Positions 1 to 11,045 of a stretch of 64,000 nt of DNA are shown piece by piece. The notes under the pieces were generated by a model. That model made no database searches and had not been told where the DNA came from. It worked only from the letters and a program-made list of their open reading frames with translations. The DNA is from Phycisphaerae bacterium (GTDB lineage Bacteria > Planctomycetota > Phycisphaerae > UBA1845 > Fen-1342): assembly GCA_050115495.1 (NCBI GenBank), contig JASFQK010000003.1, positions 148,259 to 212,258 on the forward strand. The letters are read 5' to 3'. Each line of letters begins with the position of its first letter. Position 1 is the first letter of the stretch. Both the position numbers and the translations under genes were made by a program.

Positions 1-16
1 GGGCGGGGCGGTAGCC

Positions 17-53
17 ATCAGCCTTCAGCCGTCAGCCTTCAGCTTCCAGCCGC
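17..53. repeat. Short imperfect heptamer tandem repeat (TCAGCC[T/G])n
   Basis: catcagccttcagccgtcagccttcagcttccagccg at the window start. Confidence 0.5.
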
Positions 54-264
54 CGTCCGTCGGCCTTCGTGTTCGGGAGCGGGGTGAGCGTACGGCTGCA
101 CTGCTCAAGAGCAGTGGCACACGGGGGCGGGGTTGGGCTGGTCGGTAGCCCTGCGCGCATGCGGACGTTGTTTGGGCGGGTGACGACCGATGCGGAGGTT
201 GGTTGTTGCGGGGGGTGGATAGACGGCGCGCGGGGTGGCCGGTGGGGGCGGGTGGTTTTGCGGC

Positions 265-293
265 TTGACACCGGCGGGGCGGGGGCGTAGCTT
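265..293 (+). promoter_or_regulatory. sigma70-like promoter of the rpmF-plsX-fab operon
   Basis: TTGACA (265-270), 17-bp spacer, TAGCTT (288-293), about 100 bp upstream of rpmF. Confidence 0.6.
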
Positions 294-395
294 GAGAAGC
301 TCGTCGGTGAGCTAAGTTGCGTACTGGCTTGGGTCTACCCGCGCGAGCGGGGGCGGTCGCGCTTGGGTCCGGGATCCGTGCAATCGGGAGCAGGC

Positions 396-581
396 ATGTT
401 ACCGGTTACAAAGAAATCGAAATCACGCAAACGCACCCGCCGGTCTCATCTGGCGCTGCGTGGCGTGCAGTTGTCTGCGTGCCCGCAATGCGGGCAGGCC
501 AAGCGGACGCATGCCGCATGCGCTAACTGCGGCTATGTGAACGCGCATACCAAGATCAAGGTCGGGACCGAGGAGTCTTAA
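396..581 (+). CDS. rpmF: 50S ribosomal protein L32
   Basis: MLPVTKKSKSRKRTRRSH...CPQC...HAACANCGY zinc-ribbon L32; directly upstream of plsX. Confidence 0.95.
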   Translation: MLPVTKKSKSRKRTRRSHLALRGVQLSACPQCGQAKRTHAACANCGYVNAHTKIKVGTEES

Positions 582-586
582 CCACC

Positions 587-1573
587 ATGCGGATCGCCGT
601 GGACGCGATGGGGGGAGATCACGCGCCGCGGGAGACTGTCCGGGGCGCAGGCCGAGGGCTCACGTTCCTGGCCGACAACGACGAGCTGATCCTGTACGGG
701 CCGCAGGAGCGCGTCGAGCAGGAATGCCGCGAACTCGGTCTGTCCGACCGTCGCCTGCGCGTTGAACCGTGCTCTGAAGTCATCGGGATGGATGAGCCGC
801 CGATCGAGGCCCTGCGCCACAAGCGGGACTCGACCATCTACCGTATGGCCCAGGCTGCGGCCCAGGGCGAGGTGGACGCGATCATCTCGGCGGGCAACAC
901 GGGGGCGTTCGCCGCAGCGTGCCAGCTCAAGATCGGCACCCTGCCGGGCGTGTCCCGGCCGGGGATCGCCGTGGCCATTCCCACGTTTCACGGCGCCGTG
1001 CTGGTCTGTGACGTCGGGGCCAACGTCGCCCCGAAGCCGCGGCACCTGTACGAATACGCCTGGATGAGCACGTGCTACGCGCGCGAGCTGCTGAAGGTCA
1101 AAGAGCCGCGGGTCGCGATGATGTCCATCGGCGAAGAGGACGCCAAGGGCAACACGCTGGTCAAGGAAGCCCGGCAGCTCATCAAGCAGGATGAGTCGCT
1201 GCGTTTCGTCGGGAACGTCGAGGGACGCGACCTGCTCTCCGGAGCGTGCGACGTCTGCATCTGCGACGGCTTCGTCGGGAACGTCATTCTGAAACTGACC
1301 GAGGGGCTGGCCGAGGGGCTGTTCAAGACGATCGTGCATGAAATCAAGGAGGCCTGCGCGGACCTCGTGCCGCGCTTCGAGCCGATCGTGCAGCGCATCT
1401 GGGCCCGGCACGACTTCGCCGAGTACGGCGGCGCTCCGCTGCTGGGCATCAACAGCGTGGCGATCATCTGCCACGGGCGCAGCGACGAACGAGCGATCGG
1501 CAACGCCATCCGCGTGGCTCAGGAGGAGATCCGCGTGCGGCTGAATGAGATTATCGCCAAGGGTGGGCTATGA
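587..1573 (+). CDS. plsX: Phosphate acyltransferase PlsX
   Basis: MRIAVDAMGGDHAP, SAGNTGA, DGFVGN, YGGAPLLG motifs. Confidence 0.97.
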   Translation: MRIAVDAMGGDHAPRETVRGAGRGLTFLADNDELILYGPQERVEQECRELGLSDRRLRVEPCSEVIGMDEPPIEALRHKRDSTIYRMAQAAAQGEVDAIISAGNTGAFAAACQLKIGTLPGVSRPGIAVAIPTFHGAVLVCDVGANVAPKPRHLYEYAWMSTCYARELLKVKEPRVAMMSIGEEDAKGNTLVKEARQLIKQDESLRFVGNVEGRDLLSGACDVCICDGFVGNVILKLTEGLAEGLFKTIVHEIKEACADLVPRFEPIVQRIWARHDFAEYGGAPLLGINSVAIICHGRSDERAIGNAIRVAQEEIRVRLNEIIAKGGL

Positions 1574-2562
1574 AGCTGGGCTGGCCCGTTGAGCTGGCCG
1601 GCACCGGCCTGTACGTTCCGGAGCGCGTAGTTACCAACGAAGACTTCATGCGGCGGCTCGATACGTCGGACGAGTGGATCGTGCAGCGCACGGGGATCCA
1701 CGAGCGGCGGATCATCGGGCCGGACGACAGCACGCTGACGATGGCCACGGAGGCGTGCAAGGCCGCGCTGGCCGACGCCGGGATAACGCCGGAAGACGTG
1801 GACCTGATCATCTGCGGAACGATCACGCCGGAGTACATCCTGCCGTCGACGGCGTGTCTCCTGCAGGACACGCTGGGTTGCCGCTGGGTGCCGGCGTTCG
1901 ACCTGTCGGCGGCGTGCAGCGGGTACGTGTGGAGCTTCCTGACCGGTGCTCAGTACATCGCCAGTGGCATGGCGCGCAACGTGCTCGTGGTCGGCGCCGA
2001 GACGCTGACGGCCATCACCGACATGGAAGACCGGGCTACGGCGATCCTGTTCGGCGACGGGGCCGGGGCGGCCGTGCTGCGGGCGGCCACCGATCCACAG
2101 CGTGGCATTCTGGCGGCGCGGCAGGGGGCCGACGGCAAACGCGGCATGCTGATCAATATCCCCGCCGGCGGTGCACGCCATCCGGCGTCGGAGAAGACGG
2201 TCGCCGAGCGCATGCACTACATGCGCATGCGCGGGCGCGAGGTCTATAAGTTCGCCGTCACGCAGATGCACGAGATCATCCACGAGACGGCGGCCGATGC
2301 CGGTGTCTCGGTGGCTGATCTCGCCCTGGTCGTGCCGCACCAGTCGAACCTGCGGATCATCGAGTCGGCGTGCGAGCGGGCCGGTGTGCCCGCGGAGCGC
2401 GTCCTCGTGAACATCGATCGCTACGGCAACACTTCGGCCGCCTCGGTGGGCATCGCCCTGCACGAGGCCCGGCGCGACGGACGGATCAAGTCCGGCGACC
2501 TGGTGATGCTGGTGGCGTTCGGCGCCGGCCTGACGTGGGGTTCCGTGCTGATGAGGGTCTAG
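1570..2562 (+). CDS. fabH: 3-oxoacyl-ACP synthase III
   Basis: DTSDEWIVQRTGI, AACSG catalytic Cys, PHQSN, YGNTSAAS, AFGAGLTW. Confidence 0.97.
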   Translation: MKLGWPVELAGTGLYVPERVVTNEDFMRRLDTSDEWIVQRTGIHERRIIGPDDSTLTMATEACKAALADAGITPEDVDLIICGTITPEYILPSTACLLQDTLGCRWVPAFDLSAACSGYVWSFLTGAQYIASGMARNVLVVGAETLTAITDMEDRATAILFGDGAGAAVLRAATDPQRGILAARQGADGKRGMLINIPAGGARHPASEKTVAERMHYMRMRGREVYKFAVTQMHEIIHETAADAGVSVADLALVVPHQSNLRIIESACERAGVPAERVLVNIDRYGNTSAASVGIALHEARRDGRIKSGDLVMLVAFGAGLTWGSVLMRV

Positions 2563-2564
2563 TG

Positions 2565-3485
2565 ATGAGCGGCAATGCAGCGATATTCCCGGGGCAGGGG
2601 GCCCAGGAAGTCGGCATGGGCCAGGATGTGTTCGCAGCCTGCAACGTGGCGGCGGAGACGTTCGCGGCCGCCGACCAGGTGCTCGGCTTCGAGCTGTCGA
2701 AACTCTGCTTCGAGGGCCCGGCCGATCGCCTGAACGCGACAGACATCCAGCAGCCGGCGATCTTCACGACGAGCGTGGCGCTGTTTCGGGCGGCGCTGGA
2801 TCGCGGCTTGCTGAAGGCGGATCAGTTCGCCGCCATGGGTGGCCTGAGCCTCGGCGAGTACACGGCCCTGCACCTGGCTGGCGCCCTGTCGTTCGAGGCG
2901 GCCCTGCGGCTCGTCTATCGCCGGGGGCAGCTCATGCAGCAGGCCTGCGAGGCCAGCCCCGGCGGCATGGTCTCGCTGATGGGCATGAACGAGGAGCAGG
3001 TGCTGGCCCTCTGTGAGCGCGTGCAAGAGCACGGCCGCGTCGGGCCGGCGAACTTCAACTGCCCGGGGCAGATCGTGATTTCGGGCGACCGGGCGGCGTG
3101 CACGGCGGCCACGGGACAGGCGGAGGCGTTCGGCGGGCGGGCCATTCCGCTCGACGTCGCCGGCGCCTTCCACAGCGAATTGATGCGGCCGGCGGCGGAG
3201 GCCCTGCGCGAGACGCTGGCGGCCAGCGAGTTCCAGACGCCGCGCGTGCGGGTTATCACCAACGTCAACGCCGAGTATCATGGCGATCCGGCGAGCATCC
3301 GCGACGCGCTGTACCAACAGGTGTTCAATCCAGTCCGCTGGCACGCCTGCGTGGAGCGGCTGGTGGCGGACGGTTGCGACGCGTTCTGGGAGGTGGGGCC
3401 GAAACGCGTCCTGGCCGGCCTGATGCGGAAGATCAACCGCCAGGTGAAGACCAGCAACGTGGGCAAGCTCTCGGATCTGGGCTGA
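2565..3485 (+). CDS. fabD: Malonyl-CoA:ACP transacylase
   Basis: FPGQGAQ, GLSLGEY, VAGAFHS; start reassigned to ATG 2565. Confidence 0.95.
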   Translation: MSGNAAIFPGQGAQEVGMGQDVFAACNVAAETFAAADQVLGFELSKLCFEGPADRLNATDIQQPAIFTTSVALFRAALDRGLLKADQFAAMGGLSLGEYTALHLAGALSFEAALRLVYRRGQLMQQACEASPGGMVSLMGMNEEQVLALCERVQEHGRVGPANFNCPGQIVISGDRAACTAATGQAEAFGGRAIPLDVAGAFHSELMRPAAEALRETLAASEFQTPRVRVITNVNAEYHGDPASIRDALYQQVFNPVRWHACVERLVADGCDAFWEVGPKRVLAGLMRKINRQVKTSNVGKLSDLG

Positions 3486-3505
3486 AGCGCACGGGAGGTG
3501 CAACG

Positions 3506-4246
3506 GTGAGCTTGAAGGAGCAAGTGGCACTGGTGACCGGCGGGTCGCGCGGCATCGGCCAGGCGATTTGTGTGGAGCTGGCCCGGCAGGGGGCCACCGT
3601 CGTGGCCGCCGCCCGTAACGTGGCCCGTATCCAGGAGTGGATCGAGCAGGAGTCAGAGCTGGCCGGCCGTGTCACGGCGGCGAGCGTCGACGTCACCGAT
3701 CGGGCGGCGGTGGACAGCCTGATCGAGCAGACCGTCGAACACGCGGGCCGCATCGATATCCTGGTCAACAACGCCGGCATCACCCGCGATGGGCTGGTCA
3801 TGAGCATGGAAGATGACCAGTTCGACGACGTGCTGAACACGAATCTGCGGGCGGCCTTCTGGACGACGCGGGCGGTGTGCCGGCACATGATCCGGGCCCG
3901 CCGCGGGCGCATCATCAACATCTCCAGTGTTTCCGGCATCATGGGAAATCCCGGCCAGGCGAACTACGCAGCGGCCAAGGCCGGGCTCATCGGCATGACC
4001 AAATCGGTGGCCAAGGAAGTGGCCAAGCGCGGCGTAACCTGTAACGCCGTGGCACCCGGCTTCATTCAGACCGAGATGGTCGAGACCCTGCCGGAGAAGT
4101 ACCTGGCCGAGATCACGCCGCTGATTCCGATGCGGCGTATCGGTCGCCCGGAGGAAGTGGCGGCGCTGGTGGCCTTCCTGGCCAGCCCGGGCGCCAGCTA
4201 CGTCACCGGGCAGGTCTTCGTCGTCGACGGCGGATTGCATACCTAG
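3506..4246 (+). CDS. fabG: 3-oxoacyl-ACP reductase
   Basis: [24 protein letters not shown] start 3506 after GGAGG. Confidence 0.95.
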   Translation: MSLKEQVALVTGGSRGIGQAICVELARQGATVVAAARNVARIQEWIEQESELAGRVTAASVDVTDRAAVDSLIEQTVEHAGRIDILVNNAGITRDGLVMSMEDDQFDDVLNTNLRAAFWTTRAVCRHMIRARRGRIINISSVSGIMGNPGQANYAAAKAGLIGMTKSVAKEVAKRGVTCNAVAPGFIQTEMVETLPEKYLAEITPLIPMRRIGRPEEVAALVAFLASPGASYVTGQVFVVDGGLHT

Positions 4247-4303
4247 TACTCCCGCCGCCGATTCGCGACCACTTCCATCTCATTCGACGAAAGGACGCGT
4301 AAC

Positions 4304-5413
4304 GTGCCCGCCCATCCCAAAGCGATCCGACGCATCGGCGTGTTGACCGGCGGCGGCGACTGCCCCGGGCTCAACGCGGTCATCCGGGTGGTAACCAAGG
4401 CGGCCATCTCCAAGCTCGGCTTGCAGGTCGTCGGCATCGAGGACGGCTTCCTCGGGCTGATCCGCAACCGCATGCGCATGCTCGATACGACGGCCGTGTC
4501 GAACATCCTGGCCACCGGGGGCACGATTCTGGGGACGAGCAACAAGGCGAATCCGTCCCGCTTCGCCGTCGGCACCGACGCCGAGGGCAAGCCTATCTTC
4601 GAGGACGTCACGCAGCGCGTGCTCGAGCATTTGCAGGAACGCGAGATCGACGGGCTCATCTGCATCGGCGGCGATGGAACGATGTCCGGGGCGATCAACC
4701 TGATCAAGCGCGGCATACCCTGCATCGGCGTGCCGAAGACGATCGACAACGACCTGATGCACAGCGACATCACGTTCGGCTTCACGACGGCGGTGGAGAC
4801 GGCGACGGGGTGCCTGGACCGCATCCACTCGACCGCGTCGAGCCACCACCGGGTGATGGTGGTCGAGCTGATGGGGCGGAACGCCGGCTGGCTGGCGCTG
4901 CACGCTGGCCTGGCCAGCGGATCGGACGTCGTGCTGATTCCGGAGATTCCCTTCGATATCGAGAAGGTGTGCGAGACGTGCCTGCACCGCTCGAAACACG
5001 GTAAGCGTTTCACGCTCGTCGCCGTCTCGGAGGGCGCCCGTCCGAAGGGTGGCCAGCAGGTTGTCGACAAGATCGTGCACGACAGTCCGGACCCGATTCG
5101 TCTCGGCGGTGTGAGCACGGTTCTGGCCGAGCAGATCTCCGCGCGAACCCACCTGGAAACGCGGGCGACGATCCTGGGACATATTCAGCGCGGCGGCCCG
5201 CCCGTTGCCGCGGACCGCGTGCTGGCTACGACGCTGGGGCACCGGGCCATTCAGCTCGTCGCCACGGGTGAATGGAACAATGTGGTCGTCGTGCAGGAAG
5301 GGGAGACGCGTTTCGTGCCCATCGAATCCGTGGCCGATCAGCAGCGGTGCGTGCCCGAGGACGATCCACTCATCGGCGTGGCCCGATCCATCGACACCTG
5401 CATGGGTGACTGA
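4304..5413 (+). CDS. pfkA: 6-phosphofructokinase (PfkA family)
   Basis: GGGDCPGLN, GGDGT, PKTIDND, MGRNAG, LGHIQRGG. Confidence 0.93.
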   Translation: MPAHPKAIRRIGVLTGGGDCPGLNAVIRVVTKAAISKLGLQVVGIEDGFLGLIRNRMRMLDTTAVSNILATGGTILGTSNKANPSRFAVGTDAEGKPIFEDVTQRVLEHLQEREIDGLICIGGDGTMSGAINLIKRGIPCIGVPKTIDNDLMHSDITFGFTTAVETATGCLDRIHSTASSHHRVMVVELMGRNAGWLALHAGLASGSDVVLIPEIPFDIEKVCETCLHRSKHGKRFTLVAVSEGARPKGGQQVVDKIVHDSPDPIRLGGVSTVLAEQISARTHLETRATILGHIQRGGPPVAADRVLATTLGHRAIQLVATGEWNNVVVVQEGETRFVPIESVADQQRCVPEDDPLIGVARSIDTCMGD

Positions 5414-5464
5414 CGCGGCGCCGGCGGCGGGCCTGACCCGGCACGCGGAACGGGAAGGAATCGC

Positions 5465-5905
5465 ATGATCCGGCGACTGGTCAGCGCGGCGCTGCTGGTG
5501 GGCGGGTTGCTCGCCCTCGGTCGGGCGCTGTTGACCGAGCCGCTCGATCAGCGGCGGGCGGTGGCGGTGACGCTGCTGCTGGCGGTGGGGGCCGGGTTGA
5601 ACGTGATTGGTTTGCTGGGCAGCACGCTGCCCGTGCGGAACTGGCTGCGTGGACTGGCGGTGGTCGTCGGATTGGCGGCGCTGGCGGCAGTGCTGGGTCT
5701 GCGGTGGTCGGCCGAGCGCGTGCTCGATGACGTTTCGCCGGCCAACCGCGAGGGGCGGGCGTACGTTTCGCAGGTGCTGGGTGGGTCGCAGTGGCACGCC
5801 CTGGGTGTGGGTTACGCGACGGTTTCGGTTCTGTTTCTGCCACCGTATCGCCGGTCGAAAGCCGCGCCGGCTGCGGATGTTCCGCCGGAGGGTGAGGCGG
5901 AGTAG
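5465..5905 (+). CDS. Hypothetical membrane protein (about 4 TM)
   Basis: Four hydrophobic segments; GGAAGGA RBS. Confidence 0.7.
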   Translation: MIRRLVSAALLVGGLLALGRALLTEPLDQRRAVAVTLLLAVGAGLNVIGLLGSTLPVRNWLRGLAVVVGLAALAAVLGLRWSAERVLDDVSPANREGRAYVSQVLGGSQWHALGVGYATVSVLFLPPYRRSKAAPAADVPPEGEAE

Positions 5906-6012
5906 GGGGGGGGCGGGGTTTGCCGCTGATGAGCGAGCGGCTATCGTAGCCGGGGCGAGCCGCGGAGTGGTGCGGCTGGCGCCGGTTGGCTATGACGGAA
6001 GGATGGATGCCG

Positions 6013-6558
6013 ATGTCGGGCAACCTGTGTGAACATTGCACGGGCGTGTGCTGCAAGTACATCGCCCTGCCGATCGATACGCCGGAGACGAAGGCCGATT
6101 TCGACGATGTGCGGTGGTATCTGCTGCACGAGAACGTGTCGGTGTTCGTGGAGGACGGGTCGTGGTACATCAACATGGCGACGCCATGCCGGCATTTGCA
6201 GGCGGACAATCGTTGTGGGATTTACGCGACGCGGCCGCGGATTTGCCGGAAGTACACGACCGATAACTGCGACTACCATTCGGGTGATTACGGGTGGGAG
6301 CAGCATTTCACCTGCCCCGAGCATCTGGATGTCTATGTAACCGAGAAAGTCTCGAAGTCCGGGAATCGCAAGGTTAGAAATGGATCCTCGAATACACGGG
6401 GATCCGAGAAATCCTCGAAGAGCAAGATACACTTGAATAGGAAGATGCCCGGTCCCGGCAGCGGCGTGATCGGGCGTGATCCAGCGGGGGCGCGGCTGGC
6501 CGAGGCGCGGACGGATATCGCCGGCGTGAACCTGCCCGTGCTGGGAGACGGCGCATGA
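6013..6558 (+). CDS. YkgJ/UPF0153 family cysteine-cluster protein
   Basis: CEHCTGVCC...CRHL...CGIYATRPRICR; start uncertain (5992/6007/6013). Confidence 0.85.
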   Translation: MSGNLCEHCTGVCCKYIALPIDTPETKADFDDVRWYLLHENVSVFVEDGSWYINMATPCRHLQADNRCGIYATRPRICRKYTTDNCDYHSGDYGWEQHFTCPEHLDVYVTEKVSKSGNRKVRNGSSNTRGSEKSSKSKIHLNRKMPGPGSGVIGRDPAGARLAEARTDIAGVNLPVLGDGA

Positions 6559-7856
6559 AGATCCAGTCCCCGCCGGGAATGCGTGATTTCTACCCCGACG
6601 ACATGCGCCGGCAGCGCTGGCTGTTCGACCTGTGGCGCGACGTGTCACTGGCCTGCGGCTGTGAGGAGTACGAAGGGCCCATCTTCGAATATCTCGACCT
6701 GTACACGGTCAAGAGCGGAGAGGGCATCGTCTCGGAGCTGTTCAATTTCACCGATCGCGGCGAGCGGCGGTTCGCCATCCGGCCGGAGATGACGCCGACG
6801 CTGGCTCGCATGGTGGCGGCGCGGGCGAACGCGCTGTCGCGGCCGATCAAGTGGTTCAGCGTGCCGCGGATGTGCCGGGCGGAGAAGCCGCAGCGGGGTC
6901 GGCTGCGCGAGTTCTTCCAGTGGAACGTGGACATCCTGGGTGTCGACGACGTGCTGGCCGACGCCGAGGTGATTGCGGTCGCCGTCGAGTTTCTGCGGCG
7001 GGTCGGGCTCACGCCGGCGGACGTGGTGATGCGGATCAGCAGCCGGCCGCTGGCGACGGCGGTGCTGGGGGCGCTGGGTGTCGAGCGCGAGCAGGTCGGC
7101 AGGGCGTTCGAGCTGATCGACCGGTTCGACAAGCTGGGCGTGGAGGAGTTTCGGCGGCAGTGGCAGGAGTTCGCGCCGCGCGTTTCGCCGGATGGACTGC
7201 TGGAGCAGCTCGAACGGACGGACCTGGCGGGTTGTTTGCGCCTCCTGGAGAAGGAGGGCGATGCGGGGACGGCGGCGCGGCAGCAGTTCGAGGAGTTATG
7301 GGAGCGGCTGCGGGCGCTCGACGTGGTCGAGTATTGCGCGTTCGACCTGAAGGTCGTGCGCGGCCTCGCGTACTACACCGGGCCCGTCTTCGAGGTCACC
7401 GCCCAGCGCGGCGGCCTGCGGGCGCTGCTCGGCGGCGGACGCTACGACAACCTGACCGAATTGCTCGATGGGCCACGCGTCTCGGGCGTCGGTTTCGGCA
7501 TGGGCGACGCTCCGGTCCTGGAGTGCTTGCGAGAACTCAGCAAGTTGCCGGATCTCAGCCAGACGCTCGATCTGTTCGTGATGGACGCGGGCGGCGAGTA
7601 CTTCGACCGCGTGCTCGAAATCGCCACGCAGCTTCGGCGGGCGGGGCTGACGGTGGATTTCTCGTACAAGCGGCAGGCGATCGGGAAGCAGTTCAAGCAG
7701 GCGTCGGGCCGTGGAGCCCGGTATGCGATCGTCGTCGGCGGCGAATACGACGAAAAACGACAGTTGACGGTGAAGAACCTATCCACGGGCGAGCAGGAGG
7801 CGGTGTCGGCCGAGAAGCTCCTGGCGGACCCGCGTGCGCTGCTGGCGAGCATTTGA
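6555..7856 (+). CDS. hisS: Histidine--tRNA ligase
   Basis: PPGMRDF, RPEMT, RAEKPQRGRLREFFQ, RGLAYYTG, GGGRYD. Confidence 0.97.
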   Translation: MKIQSPPGMRDFYPDDMRRQRWLFDLWRDVSLACGCEEYEGPIFEYLDLYTVKSGEGIVSELFNFTDRGERRFAIRPEMTPTLARMVAARANALSRPIKWFSVPRMCRAEKPQRGRLREFFQWNVDILGVDDVLADAEVIAVAVEFLRRVGLTPADVVMRISSRPLATAVLGALGVEREQVGRAFELIDRFDKLGVEEFRRQWQEFAPRVSPDGLLEQLERTDLAGCLRLLEKEGDAGTAARQQFEELWERLRALDVVEYCAFDLKVVRGLAYYTGPVFEVTAQRGGLRALLGGGRYDNLTELLDGPRVSGVGFGMGDAPVLECLRELSKLPDLSQTLDLFVMDAGGEYFDRVLEIATQLRRAGLTVDFSYKRQAIGKQFKQASGRGARYAIVVGGEYDEKRQLTVKNLSTGEQEAVSAEKLLADPRALLASI

Positions 7857-8035
7857 ACGAGCGCGGACACGGGGTGGGAGAGAACAGGGGGGCGGGCGGT
7901 GCAGCTCGAAGGAGAGCGGGCACACAGGGCTCGCACGGGCTTTCACCCTCCGCCGCGACGCGTGACGCCGCACTGGGCGGCGTCACACGCCACGGCCGGA
8001 ATTACCCGGCGCGGGAGGGGAGAGGAGGCCACCAA

Positions 8036-10639
8036 TCAACCGCCGGTCAGCAGGTCGATGAAGGGGGAGATGTCGAAGTTGTTCAGAGTACCGTCGCTGT
8101 TGATGTCTCCGTTAAGCAAGTCGCAATCGGGGTACTGCTCGGCGTAGGCGGTCGGGTTGGTGAGAGCCTGGACAAACGGGCTGATGTCGAAGTTGTTGAC
8201 CACACCGTCGCAGTTGAGGTCGCCGAGCGCGTGGCCGACTGAGAAGAGCATCAGCCCGTCGATGAAGGGGCTGGGGGCGAGGGCGCGGGCGGTGGCCTCG
8301 TTGAACACGAGCATGCCGGCCGGCAGTTGCGTATCGACCTGGTCGGTCACCGTGTTAGTCGCCGTGTCGATCACCAGGAACTCGCCAGCTACGTCGATGT
8401 TGAAAGCGGGGCCGGGCCCGACCGTCACGGAGAACGAGCCGGTTGCGGCGTAGAGGTGCTCGCCGGCGGCGTCGAGCGCCAAGCCCTGGGCGGCGTTGTC
8501 ACCGGTGGAGATGGTCGACGTCATGACCCGTGCGGAGACATCAACGACAGCGATGTTATTGGAATTGCCGTTGATGACGTACAGTGTCTGCCCGTCTGGC
8601 GAGACCGCCATCTCGTAGGGCATGTCACCGACGTCGACGGTACCGGTGATTGCTGAGTCGGAGCCGGCGTTGTCCACGATGGCCACGAGGTCGTTGTTCT
8701 TGTTGCTGACGAAGATGGTGGAGTCGTCAGCGGAGAAGATCGCCCGCACCGGGAAATCGACCATGCTCAGGTCCTTGACGACGGACCAGGACACGGTATT
8801 GATGATCGTTAGAACATCATCGTAGCTACCGCACACCACGAGCGTGTTGCCGTCATGGCTGAGCGTCATGCCGCTTGCTTGGTTGTACATGTAGTAGATG
8901 TTTCCCATATTGCCGCTCGGCAGTTTGGCGCCCTCGACGCTAAGCGTGTCCAGGTTGATGCGATACACGCCATCGCCGTCCGCCACGACAGCCACGTAGG
9001 CGTACTGCCCGTCGGGTGACACCTCGACCTCGCTCCCACGGCGGCCGAGAGGGACGTTCGTCACGGTGTGGCTGGCGATGTCGATGACCGAAACGAAGTA
9101 GGAATCGAGGTTGGCGACAACCGCAGTGGTGCTGTCCGGCGTGATCTCCACACCGGCGGGTCGATCCCCGACGTCCAGGGTTGCTGTTACGGTCTTCGTG
9201 GTCAGGTCGACGATTGAGACGGTGTCGCTGAGGATATTCACCGCGACGGCGGTGGTGCCGTCAGGGGAGATGGCGACGGTGCGACAACTGTCGGCTTCGG
9301 GTGCCGGCCCGGAGGGCATCACCGCCTCGACGTGCCCTGCGGTGCCGTTCGTGTTCACCACGATCAGGTCCTCGCCGGTGAGGCAGGCGGCCATCGCTGC
9401 CCGGGGGCCGATCGGTGACACACCGCCGACATCCGTCGAAACGACACCGTTCAGGCTGGCGACGATGCTCTCGGTGGAGTAGTCGATCAGGCTACCGTTG
9501 TAGCCCACGCCGAGGCAGCAATTGCCGTCGGCCGTCGTCAGGAGCTGGGTAACGCTGGCGGTATTCAGATTGCCGGATACGGCGTCGGTGATGAGGTTGA
9601 CGACCCGGCAGGCGTTCGAGATGGAGACCACCGCTTTCGTTCCGGCCGGGTTGATGGCGACCGGCCCCCGGCCGTTCGCGCCGACGTCAATCGTCTTGGT
9701 GATGGTCTGGGCGGTCGTGTCGATTACCGTGATGAGGCTGCTGCTGGCGTGCGAACAGACTGCCTTCGTACGGTCCGAAGTAATGGCGATACCGCGTGGT
9801 CTACTGGTGCAGGCTACGTCGGTCGCGGAGCCGGTCGTAATGTCGATGAAGCGAATGCGGGCGTTGTAGTAATCCACGTTCAGCAGCGTGGCATTGTCGA
9901 CGCACTCGAAGCCGGTAAAGGCAGCGATCACGGCGGCCGACTCGAAGTTCATCGATATGGTCGCGGAGTACGCGACACCGTCGATCTGACGCAGCTCGGT
10001 TGCCGCGGCAATATCAATCACGGATACCGTGCCGTCAGCGGTGTTGCCGACGATGGCAGTGCTGTTGTCGGGCGTGATACGCACCATGCCTGGCTGGTTC
10101 CCGACGGTGACGACGGCGGTCTCAGTATTGGTCTGCAGGTCCACGATCGACGCCGTATCCTCGAAGATGTTGGCCGTCACGGCGTAGTGGCCGTCGGTCG
10201 TGAGCGCCAACTCGTTCGGCGAGCCTGAGAGCTGGATCTCGCCGAGAAAGGCGCGGGTGTTCGCGTCGTAGATGATCAGGTTCTGCGTATCGCGATGAGC
10301 GACGATGATCTTCGCACCGTCGGGCGTGAACGCAATCCCCGAAGGCACATCACCCTCGGGCAGTTCACCGAGGAACATGGTCTCAAATGAGGCGCTGCGC
10401 AGCGACAGATTGCGTACGAGCCCGGCCAGGTCGAGCTCCCCGCCGGGCAGATCGAAACGCTGGATCCAGGCATCGCCGTCCGGTTGGTCCAGCGTGCCGG
10501 GATACGGCGTCATCTGTCCATGGGCGTCGATCACGACATGGTCGAGTTGGGCTGAGGCACTGGCGACACCAAACAGCGCGAGGCACGCCACGACGACGCC
10601 CATGGTGAGCCGCTGTCCATCTCGTTTCCTGCGATTCAT
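8036..10639 (-). CDS. Secreted YncE/YVTN-type beta-propeller protein with C-terminal dockerin-like domain
   Basis: Signal peptide; repeated 'VG..P.....PD...AVVAN..SDTVSIVD' blades; GDLNCDGVVNNFDISPF...GDINSDGTLNNFDISPF; start at ATG 10639 after GGAG. Confidence 0.85.
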   Translation of the reverse strand: MNRRKRDGQRLTMGVVVACLALFGVASASAQLDHVVIDAHGQMTPYPGTLDQPDGDAWIQRFDLPGGELDLAGLVRNLSLRSASFETMFLGELPEGDVPSGIAFTPDGAKIIVAHRDTQNLIIYDANTRAFLGEIQLSGSPNELALTTDGHYAVTANIFEDTASIVDLQTNTETAVVTVGNQPGMVRITPDNSTAIVGNTADGTVSVIDIAAATELRQIDGVAYSATISMNFESAAVIAAFTGFECVDNATLLNVDYYNARIRFIDITTGSATDVACTSRPRGIAITSDRTKAVCSHASSSLITVIDTTAQTITKTIDVGANGRGPVAINPAGTKAVVSISNACRVVNLITDAVSGNLNTASVTQLLTTADGNCCLGVGYNGSLIDYSTESIVASLNGVVSTDVGGVSPIGPRAAMAACLTGEDLIVVNTNGTAGHVEAVMPSGPAPEADSCRTVAISPDGTTAVAVNILSDTVSIVDLTTKTVTATLDVGDRPAGVEITPDSTTAVVANLDSYFVSVIDIASHTVTNVPLGRRGSEVEVSPDGQYAYVAVVADGDGVYRINLDTLSVEGAKLPSGNMGNIYYMYNQASGMTLSHDGNTLVVCGSYDDVLTIINTVSWSVVKDLSMVDFPVRAIFSADDSTIFVSNKNNDLVAIVDNAGSDSAITGTVDVGDMPYEMAVSPDGQTLYVINGNSNNIAVVDVSARVMTSTISTGDNAAQGLALDAAGEHLYAATGSFSVTVGPGPAFNIDVAGEFLVIDTATNTVTDQVDTQLPAGMLVFNEATARALAPSPFIDGLMLFSVGHALGDLNCDGVVNNFDISPFVQALTNPTAYAEQYPDCDLLNGDINSDGTLNNFDISPFIDLLTGG

Positions 10640-11045
10640 GCTTGCGCTCCTGTCCGACACTCTCCGGATAACAGGGGCCCAACAGACCTTGTCGGGCCAC
10701 CACAACACGCCGATCTGCAGTATCCGCCGGCGAGCCTGAGCGGTCGGTACTCTCTGTCCGCCGACGGATGTCGTCGCCACGTCCGAACTGGCCGCGGCAG
10801 CGCCGCCGTGGCCCGGTGCACCTTCCTTTCCGGCCTTCGAGGGAGCCTCACTCACCGGGGAGGGTTTCATCCCTGCTTTGCGGCCCAGGAGCAGCAGGGA
10901 GAGCCGAATCCCGCGGCACCGGGTCCAATATAGCCCTCAGCTGTCCGTGTTTCAAGATTACTTCAGAGAAATCATCGGAGATATTGGCGGCGTCGTTGCG
11001 AAAAAGGCGGTGGGCTAGTAGAATTCCCATTATCAAGGTACTCAG

